A stretch of DNA of 64,000 nt, from positions 325,186 to 389,185 of the forward strand of contig CAVOSJ010000006.1 in NCBI GenBank assembly GCA_963698885.1. Direction: 5' to 3'. Positions 57,916-64,000 of this stretch are shown piece after piece (positions within the stretch are counted from its first letter, which is position 1; each line of letters opens with the position of its first letter). Source of the DNA: Nitrospirota bacterium. Its GTDB lineage: Bacteria; Nitrospirota; JACRHJ01. The notes beneath the pieces were generated by a model. It saw only the letters and a program-made list of their open reading frames with translations. It was not told the origin of the DNA and searched no databases. The translations under genes and the position numbers were made by a program.

Positions 57916-59589
57916 ATGAGGCTGATATCGGTTTTAACGTCTTCATTATTAATCCTGCTCTTATCCGTGAGCGCCGCTTTTGCCGACGGACAGAAGGTCA
58001 CAAGCGACCTGCTGGACGTGCTTAAGGCAAAGGGCGTGTTAGACGACGCGTCTTACGACAGCCTGAAGAAAAAAGAGGCCGCCTCCCCGACCCCGGCGGC
58101 GAGTACACTACAACTTCTCGATGTCCTTAGGGCGAAGGGCGTGCTGGGCGAGGAGGACTACAACAGGCTGTCCAGGGAGGCCGCGCCCACAGCCGTCCCG
58201 GCAGTCGCAACCAACCCCGCACCCGCGGCCGTGCCCGTGGCGGAAACCGTAACCGCGCCCGAGCCAGCTACAGCGCCCGCGCCGACTGCCGCGGCATCGC
58301 CCGGAGGGCCGGAAAGGCCGATAGACGGTACCCTGACAAAGGTTGAAGATAGTTTCGCGAGGGTGACGGGGGATATTGTAAGGCTGAAAATCGGCGGCTA
58401 CTTACAGGCCGGCTATTTAAACGACGACGCAGGCTTCTCTTACGGCGCGCCGCCTAATAACTTGTTCAGCCCGACCTCCGGCAATCAGTTCTTCGTCAGG
58501 CGGGCAAGGCTCATTTTCGATTTCGGCGTGGGCCCGAAGGTGGGCGCGCGGGTCTCGATTGAGCCAGCGGTCGACCTCAACACGGCAAGCACGACCAGCG
58601 GCGGCAGGAGCATCCTCCGGGACGCCTATGGCTGGACCGACTACATCCCTTATACAAGAATAACCCTGGGCCAGTTCAAGACCCCGTTCGGACTGGAGGG
58701 CGTGGAGTCGTTATCGGACAACCCCACGATTAACCGCTCCATGGTCACGAACCTTGTGCACTACCCGCTCCTCAGGGACATAGGCGTCATGGCCGCCTGG
58801 AACTTCAAAACGGATGTCTCTGGCCTGCCGCTTGGCGCGCAATGGGCGGTGGCGCTCGTCAACGGCACGGGATACAACCTCCCGGACGACAACGACCAGA
58901 AAGACCTCGTGTTCAGAGGGACAGTCAATCCGCTTGTGGAAGGCCTTAACATCGGAGGTTCTCTCTATGGGGGCAAGACGCACGTAACGCCGGCTGCGGG
59001 CGCCGCCTTCAATAAATACCACGACAGCTGGGCCGCCGAGGCCGAGTATGTCCCGCCCTTCCTGAAAGGCTTGAAGCTCAGGGGCGAATATCTCTGGAAC
59101 AGGCAGTACTATACCAAATATTACAGCTACGCGAGCGTTACAGGCACGGCCAGCAACACCCCGCCCGCTACCGCGTCTACAGTGGGGACCCTCCCCAATA
59201 ACCCCAGCACTGCAAACGCCGCCCGCACGGTCCATACCGCCGGATGGTATGCGCTGGCGGTTTACAGGGTGGACGGACTGCAGGGCATCGGGAGCTACCT
59301 TAACGGCCTTGAGCCCCTTGTACGCTACGACACCATGAACGAGGACGAGGACGGGACTCCCTGGGTATTTACCAGCGGCTCGGGCGCTGCAACGAAGACA
59401 CTCACAGTCAATTCGCACACCAGATACCGTACAACGGTGGGTCTAAACTACTACTTCAATAATTACGCGCGGCTGATGCTGGACTACGAGATGATACATG
59501 CGGACGCGGGCCTCAGGAGGGCTTCAATAGAGTCCATAGACCTTATATCGCACCGCCTCTTCACGACGCTCTTGCAGGTGAAGTTTTAA
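57916..59589 (+). CDS. outer-membrane beta-barrel porin (possibly phosphate-selective OprO/P-like)
   Basis: signal peptide ...VSAAFA; Ala/Pro-rich linker; beta-rich body ending in C-terminal Phe (...LQVKF). Confidence 0.5.
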   Translation: MRLISVLTSSLLILLLSVSAAFADGQKVTSDLLDVLKAKGVLDDASYDSLKKKEAASPTPAASTLQLLDVLRAKGVLGEEDYNRLSREAAPTAVPAVATNPAPAAVPVAETVTAPEPATAPAPTAAASPGGPERPIDGTLTKVEDSFARVTGDIVRLKIGGYLQAGYLNDDAGFSYGAPPNNLFSPTSGNQFFVRRARLIFDFGVGPKVGARVSIEPAVDLNTASTTSGGRSILRDAYGWTDYIPYTRITLGQFKTPFGLEGVESLSDNPTINRSMVTNLVHYPLLRDIGVMAAWNFKTDVSGLPLGAQWAVALVNGTGYNLPDDNDQKDLVFRGTVNPLVEGLNIGGSLYGGKTHVTPAAGAAFNKYHDSWAAEAEYVPPFLKGLKLRGEYLWNRQYYTKYYSYASVTGTASNTPPATASTVGTLPNNPSTANAARTVHTAGWYALAVYRVDGLQGIGSYLNGLEPLVRYDTMNEDEDGTPWVFTSGSGAATKTLTVNSHTRYRTTVGLNYYFNNYARLMLDYEMIHADAGLRRASIESIDLISHRLFTTLLQVKF

Positions 59590-59595
59590 AGAGCT

Positions 59596-59679
59596 GTTAC
59601 CTTTTTGAAAAAAGGTAACGCCAAAAACTTTTAGTCCGGCTTTCTTTTGGTACTTTTCTTTCACCTGAAAGAAAAGTAC
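59596..59679. repeat. mosaic palindromic intergenic repeat, copy 14
   Basis: GTTACCTTTTTGAAAAAAGGTAAC GCCAAAAACTTTT ... GGTACTTTTCTTTC-ACCT-GAAAGAAAAGTAC. Confidence 0.9.
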
Positions 59680-59690
59680 GAGGTACTATA

Positions 59691-60520
59691 ATGCGCCTTT
59701 TATCGAGACTTATACTGTTAGTAATGCTTGCCGCGCTCTGGCGTGCTCTCTCCCGGCCCAGGCCGAAACCAACATCGTGCTCGCCTCCACGACTTCTACG
59801 GAGAATACGGGGCTTTTCAAGGTGCTTATCCCCGCATATTATAAATGGACGAAACTGAAGGACGTGAGGATACATGTCGTCGCGGTAGGCACGGGAAAGG
59901 CCATCGAGATAGCGAAGCGGGGCGACGCGGACCTGCTGCTGGTGCACGACAGGGTGAAGGAGGACGCCTTCATTAAGGCGGGGTACGGGGTGGACAGGCG
60001 CAACGTGATGTATAACGATTTCATTATCACCGGGCCAAAGAACGACCCGGCGGGAGTGAAATCCGCGAAGAGCGCCGCCGACGCCTTCAAGAAAATCGCC
60101 GCCTCCGGGTCCGTCTTCGTATCAAGGGGAGATGAGTCCGGCACCGAAGCCAGGGAGAAGATACTCTGGAAGGCGGCGGGTCTGGAAGTGCCCGTGAAGA
60201 ACTACCTCTCCGTGGGGCAGGGAATGGAGGAGACGCTCCGGATAGCGGACGAAAAGCAGGCGTACACCATCTCCGACCGCTCCACGTACCGCACCCTTCT
60301 TGACAGGCTGAAATATACGACGCTCCTGTATCAGGGCGACCCGGGCCTTTTTAACCAGTACGGGACGATTGCCGTAAACCCGGAGAAATTCCCCCACACC
60401 CATTACAGGGAGGCGGAGGATTTTATGAACTTCATCACGGGGCCGGAAGGACAGAAAGTAATAGGAAACTACGCAGATAAAACGGGCACAAAAATATTTT
60501 TTCCGGACGCCGCGAAGTAG
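59691..60520 (+). CDS. tupA: tungstate ABC transporter substrate-binding protein (TupA-like); apparent frameshift in the signal-peptide region near 59750
   Basis: TSTENTGLFKVLIPAYYKW...VVAVGTGKAIEIAKRGDADLLLVHD...VSRGDESGT match TupA as I recall it. Confidence 0.75.
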
Positions 60521-60523
60521 CGG

Positions 60524-61223
60524 ATGGGCGATATCCAAAACGGGGTCTATAACGCCGTCCATCTGATCCTTTCGCTCGACCCGGATTTATACGCCGTAAT
60601 CTTGCTGTCGCTCAAGGTAACAGGCGTTGCGGTAATTATCGCCTCAGCACTTGGCATCCCTGCCGGGACATTTCTGGCGCTCCGGAATTTTCCCGGCAGG
60701 GGCGCGCTGATTACACTCTTCAATACCTTTATGGGTCTGCCGCCCGTGGTCGCGGGGTTGGCGGTCTATCTCTTCCTCTCCCGGAGCGGCCCCCTTGGCT
60801 CGCTCCAGCTTTTATTTACCCCTTCCGCGATGGTAATCGCACAGGCGCTCGTGGTATTCCCCATCGTCGTAGCCCTGACATGGTCCGCCGTGTCCTCAGT
60901 CAACCCCGCCGTCCGGCAGACCGCAATCCTTTTAGGGGCGCCGCCTGTTAAAGTCGAGATGCGGGTGGCCCTGGAGGCGAAGCTGGGAATATATTCCGCG
61001 GTAATCGCAGGGTTCGGCAGGGCAATGGCCGAGGTAGGCGCGGTACTTATGGTAGGCGGCAATATCGCGGGCTATACCAGGGTAATGACGACGGCGATAC
61101 TGCTGGAGACGCAAAAAGGGAGCGTTCGACATGGCGATAGCGCTGGGTATCGTGCTTTTGACCCTTGCCTTTATCGTGAACGCGCTCTTAAGGCTTGGGC
61201 AGATGAAGGGTTTTGCGCCATGA
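60524..61223 (+). CDS. tupB: ABC transporter permease (TupB-like); apparent frameshift near 61120
   Basis: ABC permease fold with multiple TM helices; C-terminus continues in shifted frame to TGA 61221-61223. Confidence 0.75.
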
Positions 61224-61947
61224 GCCTTACCTGCCATTTAAAGGATGTATCGCAAGTCTTACGGCGGAAGAAAAATCCTCGAGCCCGCGGACTATGAGTT
61301 TCCGCCCGGCAAAATCACCTGCATAATCGGGCCGAACGGCAGCGGGAAGAGCACGCTTTTAAACATCGCATCATATCTTGAGAAGCCGGACGCCGGCACC
61401 GTGGAATATAAAGACGGCGGCAGTTCCATACCGCCCGGCCTGTCCTTAAGGAGAAGGCTGACCTGCGTAACCCAGGCCCCGCTTCTTTTCAGTACGACGC
61501 TTTTTAAAAATATTATTTTTGGGCTTAAGTTCAGAGACCTGACGGACGGATGAGATAAGGACAAGGGCGATGGAATCTCTTGAGCTGGGCGGGCTGTCCC
61601 ATCTTGCGAATGCAGGGGCCAGGACCCTGTCAGGAGGAGAGGCGCAGCGGGCGGCCATGGTCCGGGCATACGCGCTCCGGCCGGAGGTTATTTTTTTAGA
61701 CGAGCCTTTTGCGAACCTGGACCCGGAAGGCGGCCGGCTGATGGAGCGGCTGACGCTCAAGATGAAAGACGAAGGCGCGGCCGTGGTGTTAGTCACGCAT
61801 AACCTTTTCCAGGCCCGGCGTCTTTCGGACCAGGTATATTTTTTATTCAACGGACGACTGATAGAATCTGGGGAGTCCAAAAAATTTTTTAATGAGCCCA
61901 GGGAAGAACTGACCCGGCAGTTCGTGAGCGGCGAAATGTTTTTCTAA
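61220..61947 (+). CDS. tupC: ABC transporter ATP-binding protein (TupC-like); two apparent frame changes
   Basis: Walker A GPNGSGKST, signature LSGGEAQR, Walker B IFLDEP spread over frames 2, 3 and 1. Confidence 0.75.
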
Positions 61948-61984
61948 GGCTTGACCGGCGCCTCTAAAAATTATATTATGTGGC

Positions 61985-62311
61985 ATGACTTTCGCCGGAG
62001 CGCTCATATCTTCTTTTCGTTCGCCTTCGACCTTCATAGCATTTATGAGAAGCATACCTTTCGCCGACAGGGTAATAATTCTCGTAGGGGTCGCCTTTCT
62101 CTCAAACCTCCCGCTGGGATATCTGAGAAGGCCGGTCAGGAAGTTCTCCGCACTGTGGTTCCTGTATATTCACGCGTCCATACCGTTTCTCGTACTGATG
62201 AGGCTGGGACTAGGCATATCCTTCTGGTACATCCCCCTCTCGCTTATATTCGCCGTGACGGGCCAGGTCGCGGGGGCAAGGAGCAGGGCCATGCCCACGG
62301 AGAATAGCTGA
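61985..62311 (+). CDS. small multi-TM membrane protein, hypothetical
   Basis: 108-aa ORF with three hydrophobic segments; no family recognised. Confidence 0.4.
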   Translation: MTFAGALISSFRSPSTFIAFMRSIPFADRVIILVGVAFLSNLPLGYLRRPVRKFSALWFLYIHASIPFLVLMRLGLGISFWYIPLSLIFAVTGQVAGARSRAMPTENS

Positions 62312-62592
62312 TGGGCGAAAGCTTCTTAAAGGGAAAGAACCTTGAGTCGGTGGCGAAGGACATCGCGGACGGGTACGTCTTTGTAAACCCAGTCTATTTA
62401 AAGAAATTCGACCACGAGACCCTGAAGAAGCTTATGGCGGGCGTACAGAGGGTCATGATACTCGTCAGGAACGAAAAATTTCCAACCGGCGACGTTGAAG
62501 GCATCAGACGAAGGAACATGCGGCTCTCCCGCCTCAATAACGCGGGTACTATAATCAAACATTTCGCCAAGGAAAGACACTGGGTCATATAA
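62311..62592 (+). CDS. hypothetical protein (93 aa)
   Basis: ORF directly coupled to the preceding gene; no family recognised. Confidence 0.35.
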   Translation: MGESFLKGKNLESVAKDIADGYVFVNPVYLKKFDHETLKKLMAGVQRVMILVRNEKFPTGDVEGIRRRNMRLSRLNNAGTIIKHFAKERHWVI

Positions 62593-62715
62593 ATCATTAA
62601 AAAAAACTAACCTCCTTTTTCCTTGACAATTCCCTTGCCGTTGGGCTATCTATTGAACTTATCAAATATCAGGATTTTTTCACTGGCATCTCCAAGTTAT
62701 CAGGGAGGGACGTAG

Positions 62716-63540
62716 ATGAAGATTGCCCGCAGGATGTCCGCCCGCGCAGTTATAGGGCTATCGCTTCTGGTCCCGGTCTTTTCATTGACCGGCTGCTTCG
62801 CTACCCAGCAGGACCTTGAGCCGATGCGAAGCGACATCATGGTACTGGAGAAGCAGTTTACCGAGGTCCAGAGACAGGTGGCTAAGGCCAAGTACTCGGA
62901 AGAAGACAGGACTACTGGGAGCCAGATGCAGGACAAGTTAAAAGAGATGGACAAGCGCCTGGCGGGCTTGGAGGAACGCATGGACAAGGTGGAAGGCCAG
63001 GCGCATGACCAGGGCTCCTCTGAAGCGCCAGCCGCGCCGCAGGCGATACCCCCTGACGAGCCTGGCGCTCCGGCCGCACCCGACGCGGAGTCCGCTCCGG
63101 AGACGCCCGCCGCTCCTAATGCAGAGGCGCCGACAGCCCCTCAGCCGACAAAGGGCATGCTGGCCGCCGACGAGGCCTACAAAGAGGCGATGGCTTCTTA
63201 TAGTTCCGGAGATTACGAAAAGGCGGCAGCCGGGTTCGACGCGTTCCTTAAGAGCTATCCGAACGACAGGCTCTCCGACGACTCCGTTTTCATGCTGGGT
63301 GAGATAGCCTTCGCCCGGAAAGACTACAAAGGCGCCGTAAAGCAGTACCAGAGGGTCGTGGACGAATATCCGCTCGCGGACAGGGTGCCGGACGCCCTTT
63401 ACAAGATGGGTATCGCGTACCAGCTTTCAGGAGAGCCGGACAAGGCGAAAGAGAGCTTTACCCGCGTAATGGATAATTACCCTTACAGCGATGGTGCCAA
63501 AAAGGCGAGCCAGGAGCTCGAAAAGTCGAAGAGCCGATAA
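62716..63540 (+). CDS. ybgF: Tol-Pal system protein YbgF/CpoB (lipoprotein with coiled coil and C-terminal TPR)
   Basis: lipobox ...SLTGC; coiled-coil N-terminus, Pro/Ala-rich linker, TPR-like C-terminus. Confidence 0.8.
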   Translation: MKIARRMSARAVIGLSLLVPVFSLTGCFATQQDLEPMRSDIMVLEKQFTEVQRQVAKAKYSEEDRTTGSQMQDKLKEMDKRLAGLEERMDKVEGQAHDQGSSEAPAAPQAIPPDEPGAPAAPDAESAPETPAAPNAEAPTAPQPTKGMLAADEAYKEAMASYSSGDYEKAAAGFDAFLKSYPNDRLSDDSVFMLGEIAFARKDYKGAVKQYQRVVDEYPLADRVPDALYKMGIAYQLSGEPDKAKESFTRVMDNYPYSDGAKKASQELEKSKSR

Positions 63541-63559
63541 GCGAGGAGAGTATTTTCTT

Positions 63560-64000
63560 ATGAAAAACAGACTCCTGTTAACGACATTATTGTTTGCATT
63601 GTTTCTAATCCTGACCCCCGCGTTCGCCCAGGAAGAACAGGCCGCCACAGGCCCGGCGGCGGGCTGGAATACTTATACCATCAAGAAAGGGGACACGCTC
63701 TGGGACATATCGAAGTCCCGGCTTTCCGACCCCTTCGCCTGGCCCAGGATCTGGAAGGACAACCCGTTTATACACGACCCGGACCTCATATACCCCGGGC
63801 AGGTCCTTAAACTGCCGCCGGGAGTCACCATAGCCCCGCGCGCGCAGGGCGAAGAGGGTCCCGCCAGGCCGCCGGCCGAAGGGGAAACACCTTTCGTGGA
63901 GAAGGGCGAGCTGACGACGACCCTGCCCTCGGTCTCGGAAGGGAACATAATCAATATCCGGGGGGCGGAGGAGCGGCAGCCGGTGGCGAACGCCGTGGCA
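63560..64000 (+). CDS. LysM-domain peptidoglycan-binding protein, 5' part (runs off the window)
   Basis: signal peptide then LysM motif (YTIKKGDTLWDISKSRLSDPFAWPRIWKDN); GAGGAG RBS; no stop before window end. Confidence 0.7.
   Translation, partial: MKNRLLLTTLLFALFLILTPAFAQEEQAATGPAAGWNTYTIKKGDTLWDISKSRLSDPFAWPRIWKDNPFIHDPDLIYPGQVLKLPPGVTIAPRAQGEEGPARPPAEGETPFVEKGELTTTLPSVSEGNIINIRGAEERQPVANAVA

Noticed and set aside
62625-62660. Promoter upstream of ybgF (TTGACA followed by a weak -10)
   Set aside because: The -35 is consensus but no convincing -10 hexamer at the proper spacing; left uncalled.

Overview
GC-rich bacterial chromosomal segment, densely coding on both strands. All calls are from reading the sequence and the supplied ORF track by eye; no searches or computations were run. 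Gene content in order: glmS; a nucleotide-sugar/glycan locus (WbpA/B/D/E-like set, a second DegT aminotransferase, and a fused PglC-like sugar transferase + PglF-like 4,6-dehydratase); a Cys/Met PLP enzyme, ppnP, pal; an HD-GYP gene; mreB-mreC-mreD-mrdA-rodA followed by a B12-radical-SAM/DUF2344 gene and RNase G; DHH phosphoesterase, yraN, family-4 UDG, pirin; a low-GC island; trpS; a 2-oxoacid dehydrogenase E2/E1b/E1a operon; leuC/leuD-type dehydratase; SOD; PAS histidine kinase + receiver + second HD-GYP; an EncFtn-like ferritin; methyltransferases, SDR, multiheme cytochrome c; a type II R-M cassette; Zn-ADH; a DUF58-BatA-BatB-TPR cluster; tatBC; a porin; tupABC; ybgF and a LysM protein. Three things stand out beyond the genes: (1) 14 copies of a mosaic palindromic intergenic repeat, nearly all abutting stop codons; (2) two low-GC insertions that share a ~300 bp non-coding module in the same position relative to their cargo, one being an R-M cassette bracketed by a ~75 bp duplication of the ADH gene 5' end, the other carrying a hypothetical gene plus a 50-codon hydrophobic ORF whose start is bracketed by a perfect 12-bp inverted repeat (type I toxin-like); (3) more than 20 apparent frameshifts, including in trpS, which I read as indel errors in the assembly rather than pseudogenes. 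No rRNA, tRNA, CRISPR array, transposase or integrase was recognised.
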